A stretch of DNA of 32,179 nt from contig NC_068991.1 in NCBI RefSeq assembly GCF_001194135.2, forward strand, positions 51,975,203 to 52,007,381, given 5' to 3'. Shown here one piece after another: positions 11,224 to 23,183 of this stretch. Position 1 is the first letter of the stretch, and the number at the start of each line of letters is the position of its first letter. A program made the translations under genes and the position numbers. Source of the DNA: Octopus bimaculoides. Lineage: Eukaryota. The notes below the pieces were generated by a model that was given only the letters and a program-made list of their open reading frames with translations, was not told the DNA's origin and did not search any database.

Positions 11224-12577
11224 GGCATGGGTGTATGGTAAGAAGTTTGCTCTCCGACCACATGATTCCGGGTTCAGTCCTCCCCCCACGTGACACCTTG
11301 GGCAAGTGTCTTTTACTATAGCTTCGAACCGACCAAAGCCTTGTGAATGGATTTGGCTGACAGAAACTGAAAGAAGCCTGCCGCATATACATACATACAT
11401 ATATATATANNNNNNNNNNNNNNNNNNNNNNNNNNNNNNNNNNNNNNNNNNNNNNNNNNNNNNNNNNNNNNNNNNNNNNNNNNNNNNNNNNNNNNNNNNN
11501 NNNNNNNNNNNNNNNNNNNNNNNNNNNNNNNNNNNNNNNNNNNNNNNNNNNNNNNNNNNNNNNNNNNNNNNNNNNNNNNNNNNNNNNNNNNNNNNNNNNN
11601 NNNNNNNNNNNNNNNNNNNNNNNNNNNNNNNNNNNNNNNNNNNNNNNNNNNNNNNNNNNNNNNNNNNNNNNNNNNNNNNNNNNNNNNNNNNNNNNNNNNN
11701 NNNNNNNNNNNNNNNNNNNNNNNNNNNNNNNNNNNNNNNNNNNNNNNNNNNNNNNNNNNNNNNNNNNNNNNNNNNNNNNNNNNNNNNNNNNNNNNNNNNN
11801 NNNNNNNNNNNNNNNNNNNNNNNNNNNNNNNNNNNNNNNNNNNNNNNNNNNNNNNNNNNNNNNNNNNNNNNNNNNNNNNNNNNNNNNNNNNNNNNNNNNN
11901 NNNNNNNNNNNNNNNNNNNNNNNNNNNNNNNNNNNNNNNNNNNNNNNNNNNNNNNNNNNNNNNNNNNNNNNNNNNNNNNNNNNNNNNNNNNNNNNNNNNN
12001 NNNNNNNNNNNNNNNNNNNNNNNNNNNNNNNNNNNNNNNNNNNNNNNNNNNNNNNNNNNNNNNNNNNNNNNNNNNNNNNNNNNNNNNNNNNNNNNNNNNN
12101 NNNNNNNNNNNNNNNNNNNNNNNNNNNNNNNNNNNNNNNNNNNNNNNNNNNNNNNNNNNNNNNNNNNNNNNCATACATATACATATATATATATATATAC
12201 ATACATACATACATACATACATACATACATACATACATACATAATAATAATGATAATAATAATATTAATAATAATAATAATAATAATAATGAAAACAAAA
12301 GAATGATACCTCAATATTAGGTAAGTAAGGTATTATATTTATATGTGTGTGTGTGTGTGTGTGCGCGCGCGCGTATATATATGTGTTGTGTGTGTGCGTA
12401 TATATATGCGTGTGTGTCTGTGTGTCTTTGTGTTTGTCCCCACAAACGCTTGACAACCAGTGTTGGTGTGTTTAGGTCTTCGTAACATTGGATCGATTCA
12501 TTCGACTAACAATTCTTCATGGCGGTGCACCAGCATGGCTTCAGTCTAATGACTGGAAAAAGTAAAAGATAAAAGAT
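11224..12577 (+). mobile_element. Family B CORE-type SINE split by a ~1-kb microsatellite/gap
   Basis: 5' half 11224-11383 (B-box GGTTCAGTCC 11271-11280; CORE-like GTGACACCTTGGGCAAGTGTCTT 11290-11312); 3' half ~12413-12577 ending GGCGGTGCACCAGCATGGCTTCAGTCTAATGACTGGAAAAAGTAAAAGA. Linkage spans the N gap. Resembles the octopus OR-type SINEs as I recall them. Confidence 0.8.
11410..12171. other. Assembly gap (N)
   Basis: N run between (TA)n and (CATA)n inside the family B SINE. Confidence 0.98.
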
Positions 12578-12788
12578 GAACAAGTCACTATATTTAAAAC
12601 AAATGAATGCAGAAAGCACCCTATTGAGGACATTTCTCTTAGCGTTTCTACACCTTTTCTCCTCTAGCCTGTACCTATTTTATAACCAAGCCTAACAACT
12701 GTTCCCCTCTGTTTGCAACCAATTGTAATTCTACCCGTTATGTATAAGGGCTCACGATACAGTGTAGCAATTATTTTACACTAGTCTT

Positions 12789-12935
12789 GAGTTCAAATTC
12801 CGCCGAGATCGGCTTTGCATTTCATCCTTTCGGTATCGATAAAATAAGTAGCATCTGTGAACTGGAGTCGATGCAAATCGATTGACTCCCTTTCTCCAAA
12901 ATTGCTGGCCTTGAGGCAAAATTTAAAGCCAATTT
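12789..12935 (+). mobile_element. Family A SINE, recognisable from the B-box onward
   Basis: GAGTTCAAATTCCGCCGAGATCGGCTTTGCATTTCATCCTTTCGGTATCGATAAAATAAGTA...GCTGGCCTTGAGGCAAAATTTAAAGCCAAT. Confidence 0.85.
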
Positions 12936-13519
12936 TTATACAAATCTAGGGCCGTTCCACCCATACTACCATCAGCCTCACCAAAAGCAGTGGTGATGAT
13001 GGTGGCGGCAGTTTTCGTGGTGATAATAATGATTATGATGATGATGGCGCAGAAGGAAAGGAAATAAAAAATGAGTAAAAGAAAAAGATAAGAAAGGAAA
13101 CAAGAAAATGAATCCACAAGAATGAAAATGCCAGAAGTAACTCCAGTAGTAGCGACAGTTATAACAGGTCGGACAAATATTTAGTCCATTGTAAAGTTAT
13201 TTTGGTTCACAAAACTCATAGATCTGTCGCATAACTTAAACCGGATTCTTTTATAACTTAAATTAACTACCCGTTCAGGCGAATATTATATTTAATATAT
13301 AATTCTTCTGGCGAAGCCCTTCAATTAGACTGGATATGGTTCCACTGGAAGAGGTGCGTCATTCAAATTAGTGTTTACAAATCTCATATGCTTTCTTTGA
13401 GATGAAACCAGAAGTGATGTTTGACACGACATAGTGTTTCAAACCTTGAAACGTTTAAAGTAACATAACTTACATTCCATATCAAGATAATCACAGATAG
13501 GAAAAGCGATAAATTATGC

Positions 13520-13557
13520 ATGTATGAATATGTATGCGTATGTGTGTGCGTGTGTGC

Positions 13558-13623
<66 letters not shown>

Positions 13624-13700
13624 ATACATACATACATAAATGCGCGCACGCTGACATTTATACATGCACATATGCATGCGTAAATACATACGTACATACA
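13520..13700. repeat. Compound (TG)/(TA)/(CATA) microsatellite
   Basis: Direct reading. Confidence 0.93.
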
Positions 13701-13866
13701 TAGGAGCACAGATGAACAAATTCTAGGAGAGGGCTTGAGACTGGTTAATATTCTTGCCTCTCTCAAAAAATATTTTGTGCAACTCAAATGGTTTCAAATA
13801 GGAAACGAAATCACATCACGAACTCAGCTTGTCGGATTACTTCTTGCTCAGCGGGACACGCCATAC

Positions 13867-13915
13867 CTACTTTCATATCCAATCTCTGTGTGCGATATTA
13901 TGTAACTAATTAAAT
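13867..13915 (-). CDS. Candidate small exon (49 nt, phase 1 to 2)
   Basis: Acceptor tttacttctttattacttatag|, donor AGTAG|gtatgg; (D)LISYIISHTEIGYES(R); phase-compatible with exon 15163-15621. Confidence 0.33.
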
Positions 13916-14750
13916 CTATAAGTAATAAAGAAGTAAATAAACAGCCAGACAAATTGTAGAAAACATCAGACTGCTATGATTAAAATACGTTTGCTCTTCA
14001 TTGTCTGACGATCTCAAAGTTGTTAATTCTACCTACTCAAACGTCCAAGGTTGACAATTCAGCCGAAGAAATGAAGATTTTATAGCTTCAATTTCCACAT
14101 GGCACTGATAAAACAGCTTATGGTGTACGAAAGCAGGGAAGGGTATATGTGTGGTTGTGTATTAAAGTGAATAATACTGATGAATAATACTGATGAAGGT
14201 CTTATCGAAATTTAATCAAAGTGTCATTCACTTTACGTAAATAAATGATAGCTTTTCGAGTGTAAAAGATTATCAGTTTTTATGTAATGATAGTTTATCT
14301 AGATTACCATCTTTGTAATTCAACCCCAGAGAATGTGGTGCTGCTACTAACCAAACTATATAATTATTTAAATATGTTGAAAGTGAATAAACAAATAAAT
14401 AAATAAATGATTGGGCAAATAAACCAAAATAACGAAAAAAAACATAGATACATACGTACTTGAACCTCCATGGAAATGTAATTGAGAAAAGTTGGAATGT
14501 AAATATAAACACAATCTATCATAGAATTGTGAAATATTTGGCAGAAAGCGAAATACACCGACAACCATAAGCATTTAATGCAAAAATTTTGAAATAATTA
14601 AATTATACAAGGTTCAAACCAACATAGTGTAGAACAAAATAAATACATAAATAGATAAAAGAAATAACATTGGCTCTTGTTAAATTTAAAATTTCGAAAA
14701 GCGGCTCCAGTCAATTCCATTAATATAGTGCTTTCGATGTATGACAGATA

Positions 14751-14860
14751 TTTGATTATCGATCTCCACAAGGATGGAAAGTAAAATAAATTGCGACGGA
14801 ATTTGAACTCATAACGAAATACCGCAAATCATTTTAACAGACACCTTACCGATTCTGTCT
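14751..14860 (-). mobile_element. Degenerate family A SINE
   Basis: ggaatttgaactc (reverse B-box, 14798-14810) flanked by aaggatggaaagtaaa and gaaataccgc...gattctgtc. Confidence 0.65.
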
Positions 14861-14934
14861 ATCCATAGATACCAATAATTATTAATTTCTAACAGAGATA
14901 GGAAACTACAATTGTTTTAACAGGAGAAGCAATT

Positions 14935-15047
14935 CCCCCAGAGCCTGGGTGGTACTCTTTTTTTATATCGAGAACTTGTAAGAATGAAAGATAAACCCGA
15001 TCTTGCAAGACATTTCGTTGAAAGCTCAACCAATTCTACCAGTTCGT
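14935..15047 (-). mobile_element. Very degenerate family A SINE remnant
   Basis: ggtactc...ttatatcga...gaatgaaag...catttcg...caattctaccagttcg, in the order expected for the reverse strand. Confidence 0.35.
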
Positions 15048-15162
15048 TAATATAAAGACTAAAACAAAAATAAAACTTAAGCGGATTGATTGATAAAGTC
15101 AAGTCTACCAATCAATAGCCGTAAAATGAGAGAACAATATGTAATATCCTTGATTAACTTAC

Positions 15163-15621
15163 CTGGCACTGACATCTGACTAGCAGAGAATCTTAAGTTT
15201 TCTAAGCCATTAGAGATTACACAAAACTGTTTCACCTGAAACTGGTGACTTTGTATGAAAAAATACATCGAGAGTGAAGGTGCAATGCCATACCGAAATA
15301 CCGTGTCTGATACTCTGCTGACGTTACTTGGAGTTCGGTTCAATAAGAATTTCATCTTACAGATAAAATGTCTTACAGATAAAATGTCTTTAGATGCACG
15401 TATCTTTGTATTGACGCCTACTGATTGTTGTGCTTGTTCTAGATTAATTCGCCTCAGCATACACCAGCATTCCGGCTTACTCCAAATGACCGAAGCGGCA
15501 TTTGCTACTGAAGGGTCGAAATCATGCTGAAATGTTGTGTCTGCTGTTGTCACTTGGAGCTCAGCACGACGTACTTTTCTCCGAAATATATTTCTGCTGC
15601 GAATGTCTTTCACGTTCTTGT
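15163..15621 (-). CDS. Candidate coding exon of an unidentified gene (459 nt, symmetric phase 1-1)
   Basis: Acceptor tacatttattttaaag|, consensus donor CCAG|gtaagt, 153 stop-free codons in AT-rich DNA: KNVKDIRSRNIFRRKVRRAELQV...IWSKPECWCMLRRINLE...LENLRFSASQMSVP. May instead be two exons (15377-15621 and 15163-15235). No family recognised. Confidence 0.6.
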
Positions 15622-15796
15622 CTTTAAAATAAATGTACACAACATTATATGCATGCATGTACGTGTGTATATGTATACACACGTACGCACACACACATAT
15701 ACACACACATACACAATCACGCACACACGCACTCACACATACACATATATATACACACACACTTATACATACAGACACACACATACATATATATAT

Positions 15797-16180
15797 NNNN
15801 NNNNNNNNNNNNNNNNNNNNNNNNNNNNNNNNNNNNNNNNNNNNNNNNNNNNNNNNNNNNNNNNNNNNNNNNNNNNNNNNNNNNNNNNNNNNNNNNNNNN
15901 NNNNNNNNNNNNNNNNNNNNNNNNNNNNNNNNNNNNNNNNNNNNNNNNNNNNNNNNNNNNNNNNNNNNNNNNNNNNNNNNNNNNNNNNNNNNNNNNNNNN
16001 NNNNNNNNNNNNNNNNNNNNNNNNNNNNNNNNNNNNNNNNNNNNNNNNNNNNNNNNNNNNNNNNNNNNNNNNNNNNNNNNNNNNNNNNNNNNNNNNNNNN
16101 NNNNNNNNNNNNNNNNNNNNNNNNNNNNNNNNNNNNNNNNNNNNNNNNNNNNNNNNNNNNNNNNNNNNNNNNNNNNNNNN
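15797..16180. other. Assembly gap (N) after a (CA)/(TA) field at ~15655-15796
   Basis: Direct reading. Confidence 0.98.
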
Positions 16181-16471
16181 CAACTATGCTTTTTTTTTTT
16201 AATCGATTTACTGCTGTATTCCTCTTGTATATCTGAACAGCTTTTTTTTTTTTTACAATTCAGTCCTACTTTTCCAAACACTAAACAGAAATATAATGCG
16301 AATGAGCCATTCTGTGTATTATAATTAATGTAGAGACATCGCGTAAAGCAAATTTAATACGATGTTCGTCTGGAGATAATATCGCTTATGGACGTGCTGT
16401 GTTTAAAACACAATATATATCAGAGGCAGACGAAAATCAGCTAATCAGCGGCTATTGAGAATACTACATAC

Positions 16472-16498
16472 ACATTTCTGTCTTGGGCCAACCGGATG
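16472..16498 (-). CDS. Candidate 27-nt microexon (phase 1-1)
   Basis: Acceptor ctcttattttag|, donor ATGT|gtatgt; encodes (P)SGWPKTEM(Y) when joined to its neighbours. Confidence 0.25.
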
Positions 16499-17288
16499 CT
16501 AAAATAAGAGCTGTCACCGTGAATGTAGAAAAGCAGTGAAAGAACATTCACCTCAGTTTTATAGTTTATTTTCATAAAATTAACGGAAGCAGCTATTTCA
16601 AGATATCTCTTTCGCTTTTAGTTGCTTTTCTTGGTCAGTTATCGTTGTGCCCTTTTGAGCTAGCATTTATTTCCTTATAAAGAAAATCTATTTATGAGCG
16701 GCAGTTATTCAAAATTATTAGTGTAAGAAGACTTGTGAAGTCCTTGTCACATTTAAACAAAAAAACTTCACTGACAACATCATAATCTATGTTTTTGTTC
16801 CCTTCGCATACACATAAAGTCATTAATAACGACTTCAGTCTTCTTGAAACCAAAAAGTACTTGTCTAGAGATATTACAGGAATTAAATGAGACAGAAAAC
16901 TATATACAAGCCTATAAAATACGACTGACAAATATTGTCTCTGAATAAAAAGGGATCTTGTGAAGTTTGAACGGCATTTAAAACAAAGAATAATAGATTT
17001 TGAAAACAACTGGAAGTCTTTTGTACTGTTTGTACTATAGGTAAGTGTTATCGTTAAACGCATTCATCTAAGGGTTTTTATAAAATTAATTATATCATTT
17101 ACGACAGCACAGTCGTTGGAAGTAGTAACGGCGGTGATAAATCTCCAAAATATATCGACTTGGTCGTGAGTAATCAACTCCAGTTAAAAGCAGTGGGAGA
17201 AGCGGTTGAGAGAAATACTTCAGACTGTTTATATTAATCTTGAATAGAAAATTAAACAGCAGCAACGAGAATAGTGCAGGAAATTCAC

Positions 17289-17352
17289 GTACGACGCATG
17301 TTATTTGCCACGAAGTTGTGATAAACAATATTAAAACATAATGAGAATCCAT
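17289..17352 (-). CDS. Candidate first coding exon, signal-peptide-like
   Basis: MDSHYVLILFITTSWQITCVV then C|gtgaat (phase 1); upstream acceptor atgtcccttag| at 17366. Alternative: frame continues to a phase-1 donor C|gtaaat at 17103. Confidence 0.2.
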
Positions 17353-17910
17353 CCATTACTTGAGAACTAAGGGACATTAAATGGACGAGTGCATTAAAAG
17401 TACAAAAACAAAAGGAATAAAATCGCGAGAATCGAGATCTCGAGATTAGAATCATAGATAAAAACCGTCTCAACTAAAGAGTTAAAACGTAAGCAATGTA
17501 TTTTGCTACTAAAAATTCAATTAAATTTTCCTAAATCCTTATCTATAAACTGAAACAACTGGATGTTATTTCGTAAATTGCAGTGCATACGAGTCAGAAT
17601 CTAGTTTGTAGCCGTTTGGGTTCAATAGTAGAAAACAAACCAGTTGGTTGAGAGTTTTTACATTTATAGACATACGGCTCTTATAGAAGCTTAGTGTTGG
17701 GTGAAAATTTAATTTATAGGCATGTGGGCATGTGACAGAAATTTCACAACTTGCAGGTAAATAAGGGATGAGGATTAGTCTTTTTTAAGGCGACATGACG
17801 AGGAAAATAGTCTAGGTTCGGAAATTGATTAATTTCAGAACCCTTGCTAAAGAAAAATTGATCCTTGTTGGCTTATTCCTAAAATGTCGATTTCCATTTT
17901 TAGGAACATG

Positions 17911-18104
17911 GATGCAGGCATGGGTGGGTGGTTTATATGCTCGCTTTGCAATCACGTGGTTTCGGGTTCATTTCCACTGCGCAGCACCTTAGGTAAGTTT
18001 CTTCTACAATAGCCCCGAGCAGACCAATACTTTGTGAGTGAACTTGGTAGGTGGAAACTATGTGGAAACCCGTCGTACATATATATGCATGACTGGCTTC
18101 TACA

Positions 18105-18181
<77 letters not shown>

Positions 18182-18423
18182 CGTGTGTGTGTGTGTGCGT
18201 GTGTGTGTGTGTGCGCGCGTGTGCGTGCGTGTTCATCTATGTTCTCTCTACCGACTGACGACCGGTGTTGCTTTTTTATGTCCTCATAATTTGGTAGTTC
18301 GGCAAAAAAGACTGATAAGCACCAAACATTAAAAAATAAGTCCTTGGGCTGATTTCTTCGTTTAAGCCCTTCAAGGCAATGCCCGAACATGTCCGCAGTC
18401 TAATGACTGAAACAAATAAAAGA
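17911..18423 (+). mobile_element. Family B SINE, full length with internal (GT)n
   Basis: Head GCAGGCATGGGTGGGTGG...GGGTTCATTTCC, CORE-like GCAGCACCTTAGGTAAGTTTCTT, (GT)n ~18107-18230, tail GCAGTCTAATGACTGAAACAAATAAAAGA. Confidence 0.88.
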
Positions 18424-20194
18424 GCATTCGAGGAAAATATTTCCACTCAAAAGACAAAAAAATCGCTATAAAACTGAGCTTTAGATCAGAAATTACAGTT
18501 TCAGTATTATTTCTACGCTGTGAGCTGAATCTTAAGCAGTTGAGTTGTTAAGATTCAAATGGGCATTAATAAAATATACCTACGATCAAAAGCATTACTA
18601 TCATAAATACTCTGTCTTTTCTTCTCTGAAATTGTGTATCGTGGACAACCGCTTCTGGTGCGTTTTTTACTTTTAAGATAGTGAATATTTTAAATCTTGG
18701 GTTTCTCTCAGTTATTTCTCATGCCTTATTAACTTGCTTCTAAATCTGCAACAAAATCACAAAATAACAATATTTTCACATGATTTAGGATTTATCTAAA
18801 TGAAAACTGTGATGCATGCCGATAGAACCAAAGTTTGCCTGTTAAATTCTTAAAACTATCCACTTGTAATTTAATATTTGTTGCAGTCTCTTTCTATTAA
18901 TGTGTGATGTATATAAAGATTGGTGATACTGTGACTTGAATCAGTATCTCCACAGATATGTTTGGCTTCTCAATGTATACTTATGCAAAAACTTAAAATG
19001 TTATTCTTGTGCATAAAAATAGTATCGAAGGGAAGCAGTGAAAATGTACTTTTATCACAGCTCGAGACATCATAAAACGAAATAGCGTATAGCAATGTAA
19101 ATTGTTGGGGAACACGAGAAGAGTAAGCAGGTTGTTAACATATAGGTGCAAGAAGGTAAACCAGTACATAGATATACAATAGAAATAGGTTTTTGTCACG
19201 TCTACTCGAAGTCAACAAACCAAATACAAAGAGGAAAATATACTTGATTCCCTTCTTGGAATTATAAAGCCATCGTCGTATAAATTTTTATTGTGATGAC
19301 AGTCTCTCTCTGTCCAGTTCTTAATCCACAAAAATATTGCACCCACATTCTGAAATACGTGTGTCAAACCTTGTTATAATAGTTTCATACCCAAACTTTT
19401 ATAAAATGTGACCAAGACCCTGAACTAACATTTGAAAATAAAATCATTCTTTAATCTCTTTTTATGTTCCCAAACAATAATTATTTTCGATATTTCGTTT
19501 ATCAACTCACAAATATATCCTAACTGTTGGAATACTCAGTCGTTATACCAGACACATTTCTAATAATGATTTTTGTTATCTAAGAAACTCAAGCCTTATT
19601 CATGTCAGAAACTGTAGTCTAGCCATAAACGATATTGTATTACTCCTACAGTTCACTCTTACAAGTCCACCCTCTTACAAACATTATTTTGTTTTTTACG
19701 TTCAACCCCCATATAAGATTTATGGTGTTGCTTGCTGAGCAATGGTGTTTTTCAGGCAAGTAGCTTTGCTTTTGATTAAAAGACACAACTGAAGAGACTG
19801 GTAATAATAGTTCTTTCTCTTTGCTAGTAGTAATCAAATCAAGCTTCCCTGTTTCTCCATATTGGCTACGAGGTAAAGAGTCTTTGTCCTGATCCCTATA
19901 GATCATAAATTACTTCTTGTACTTTAGTTAACCCATTTGTAAAGAGCAAATATTGGAAAGCGATTATATAAAAACTGTAATAGCCCGCTGGGAAGATGAA
20001 CTAACTAGAACGTAATCAGTTACTTATAATAGGCGCTGGTCTGTAATAACTACTCTTAGGATGATTGTTTATCTTATGGCAAAATGATAACAAGAAGCGT
20101 ATTGATTCGAGACAAAGAATTATATCTGGTCTTATCTTTAGACTTCAGGGTTCATTGTGTCATTCAATTTTTGTCAAATGCAGGAAATAACTAA

Positions 20195-20413
20195 TTGACA
20201 CACTGTCGGTTACAACAACGAGGTTTCCAGTTGATCCGACCAACAGAACAGCCTGCTCGTGAAATTAACATGCAAGCAGCTGAGCACTTCGCAGACATGC
20301 GAGCCCTTAACGTAGTTCTCACGGAGAGTCAGCGTGACACAAAAGGTGACAAGACCGGCCCTTTGAAATACAGGTACAACGCATTTTTGCCCAGCTGAGA
20401 TGACAATCATCAA
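20195..20413. other. GC-rich island, possible exon, strand unresolved
   Basis: Roughly 50% GC with 67-aa open frames on both strands and a minus-strand acceptor ctcttttaag|. Confidence 0.25.
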
Positions 20414-20489
20414 CTTAAAAGAGGTCTCTTATTATAAGATGTACATATATGTACACGTGATTAACAATTAAGCTGTTTGAAATGTAAAA

Positions 20490-21040
20490 CCTTACCGGTT
20501 ATGCAGAAAGTTATCGATATTTTAAAACTAATCTGAGCAACGGACATTTCTGGAAATTTCCCATAATGCATCACAATTCGTTGAATCAAAAGCCTTATGT
20601 ATGATCAATGAAGTAACGAGAAAGTTCAAGTCCCTGATCATATATTTTCTTAAATCTGCACTGCTGGAAATATCATGCTATAAGTTTTCTCATCCAGCGG
20701 AAAAAGATGATTCAGATTCGGGAAGAACTACCCCAACTTGTTGAATGGGCTTGTCAAAAATAATTCTGTTTATATTTTCCCTACCCCACTAAGAGGAGAA
20801 ATTATTCGAAAATCCTCGCATTCTTAATTGCTACTTTTTTTCCCTGTAGAACACCTTCGATAATGCATTAGCAATCTTGAAAAATTCTATCATTTACCAA
20901 CGAATTATATCTAAGATTCCGAATAAGATCCAGCATCTTGTTCTCAATCTTTTGAGCACTTTTGCCGGAATCTCATCAATGCCAAGAGCTTTTCTGTTTT
21001 TAATTTTATGCGAAGCAGCCCTTGCTTTTTTGAAAGTAAT
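20490..21040 (-). mobile_element. Decayed RTE-clade LINE, reverse transcriptase fragment
   Basis: Across stops and frameshifts: KIKNRKALGIDEIPAKVLK (20951-21010), VLPESE..F, MIF..VQI, FIDHT.KAFDSTNCDALWEI (KAFD near 20583-20595), matching RTE-type RT domains 0-3. Confidence 0.8.
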
Positions 21041-21104
21041 GTAGATCAGCACGAAAGATCTTTATTGCAATTTACTGGAATTTGCTGAATAAACTGAAAT
21101 TCGA

Positions 21105-21116
21105 GTGTATGTATGC

Positions 21117-21163
<47 letters not shown>

Positions 21164-21335
21164 TGTATATGAATGTGTGCGTGTATATATATATTATATA
21201 TATATACATACATACATACATACATAGATACATACATACATACATACTTACATACACACATACACACATACACAAATACACACTCATACACACGTGCACA
21301 CACACACGCACACATACACACACAGTGCATGTGTT
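21105..21335. repeat. Compound (TG)/(TA)/(CATA)/(CA) microsatellite
   Basis: Direct reading. Confidence 0.94.
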
Positions 21336-22072
21336 TGCTATAGTCTACAAAAGAAATATATAATTCGCTTGAATGTTATGCGTGTAACACAATATTCTAT
21401 TGCTTTTATGCATTTTGGTAATTATTCTTTGCCTACTCACATTAAAATCCCCCATTACATATAAATTCGGTAACTATGAAAAGAGAATTTTATAAAATGC
21501 CGTTCATAAACTTACATAGAAAAAAAGATATGGATTTTGAAGTTAATTTGTAACTTATAGCTGCATGAAATGGCAGCTTCATCAAATTTTCCGCTTTATG
21601 CACGTTGAGGATAAAATTGGCTAATGCATGTCTACTCGGTGAATTCTTTTATCTTAATCCAGATCTAATTGATATTCTTTTTGTCACCATTTTTATGATA
21701 CAAACGGGTTAATAGGGGCAGCGCCCTTCCAAGGTCTCCATATCTGGTGAGTGGAACAGAGGAAGTTATCATCAGATCTGGCCGGAATTCCTGCAACAGA
21801 ATAGAATCGACTCAAGGCATACATGAACCAAGAGATAGTGTTAAACCGGGTGCCGGATTAGCTCAGCACTGAGAGCAACAAAAATTTTCACAATTATACC
21901 ACAGCCCCTAACTTTTACAGCATGATAAGTATTTATAACTTGGCAGAATAAGTAAAAATTTGCTAAGTATATTAATGATATGCTCAACACAGCCCCTGTA
22001 ACGAGTAATCTGTCTTCAAACAGACTAATAGATTCGGCAAGTTGTTTTCTCTGACAGCTCATACTTTCTATC

Positions 22073-22083
22073 AGAGAGAGAGA

Positions 22084-22124
<41 letters not shown>

Positions 22125-22401
22125 NNNNNNNNNNNNNNNNNNNNNNNNNNNNNNNNNNNNNNNNNNNNNNNNNNNNNNNNNNNNNNNNNNNNNNNNNNNN
22201 NNNNNNNNNNNNNNNNNNNNNNNNNNNNNNNNNNNNNNNNNNNNNNNNNNNNNNNNNNNNNNNNNNNNNNNNNNNNNNNNNNNNNNNNNNNNNNNNNNNN
22301 NNNNNNNNNNNNNNNNNNNNNNNNNNNNNNNNNNNNNNNNNNNNNNNNNNNNNNNNNNNNNNNNNNNNNNNNNNNNNNNNNNNNNNNNNNNNNNNNNNNN
22401 N

Positions 22402-22469
<68 letters not shown>
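22073..22469. repeat. (GA)n microsatellite containing N gap 22125-22401
   Basis: Direct reading. Confidence 0.95.
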
Positions 22470-22470
<1 letters not shown>

Positions 22471-23183
22471 GTCTATAGAAATATAATAAATCAGACATTA
22501 TTTTCAGAGATTGACTGCAACATCCTAAAAGCCTGTTTCGAGATGATGGAAACAATGATGTGGCAGATAAAACGCATCAATCACAAAGTGTACACATTGT
22601 TAGATGTTGTTTCAAGATAAAATAACAATGACAAAGGCCACAACAACAACAATATTAATAGCAGCAACAACAACAATACAAATACAAAATAATACGTATA
22701 TCATCACAAAGCAGTAGTAAATAAAGAACCGAACGAAATTTCACATCAATAATATATCAGACATGTTTAGCAAGGAACAACTGATATTAACATAATACAC
22801 AGCTATTCCAATCTCGTATATTCTGTCTCATTACTGAAAAATACTATAAATACGCACCCATTTACGGACTTTGCTTTGGAGAAAGCGAAACAGTGAGTAG
22901 TGCTTTGACTGCGAAACCACTCTAGATTGGCTATTGAAACATAAATCCTTATCTACTCTAGCAGTGTGATTGCAGAAAAGATACATATTTAATTTATGAA
23001 ATCTCATCTTGACCAAGTGGTTCGTTCAATTGGCTAATAGATTAAAACGTATATTCGTTATAAACGTCGGGAAATTTCTGTAGAAATACACTATACTTCC
23101 AACAAAAGTATTTGTGTATGGTACGGTTAAGCAGAAAAATATGAATAGACCTTTGAACCTAATGGAATCGAAATTACATTATA

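Noticed and set aside
14168-14197. 13-bp tandem duplication tgaataatactga
   Set aside because: Ordinary slippage event in intronic-type DNA.
15255-15530. 91-aa plus-strand ORF
   Set aside because: Overlaps the longer minus-strand frame that has consensus splice sites; treated as its antisense shadow, though not formally excluded.
16692-17063. 123-aa minus-strand ORF and a plus-strand donor TAG|GTAAGT at 17041
   Set aside because: No convincing phase-compatible donor on minus, no open upstream frame on plus, and no recognisable motif.
17432-17443. 12-bp palindrome TCGAGATCTCGA in a CpG patch
   Set aside because: Single short palindrome; no function can be supported.
18620-18745. Strong minus-strand acceptor ttgttattttgtgattttgttgcag| at 18745
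   Set aside because: Stops in all three frames within 35 nt; could be a 5' UTR exon but there is no clear donor.
21663-22062. Splice-like signals on both strands and a 73-aa hydrophobic ORF
   Set aside because: The plus exon has stops in all frames and the minus candidates have weak donors; no consistent model.
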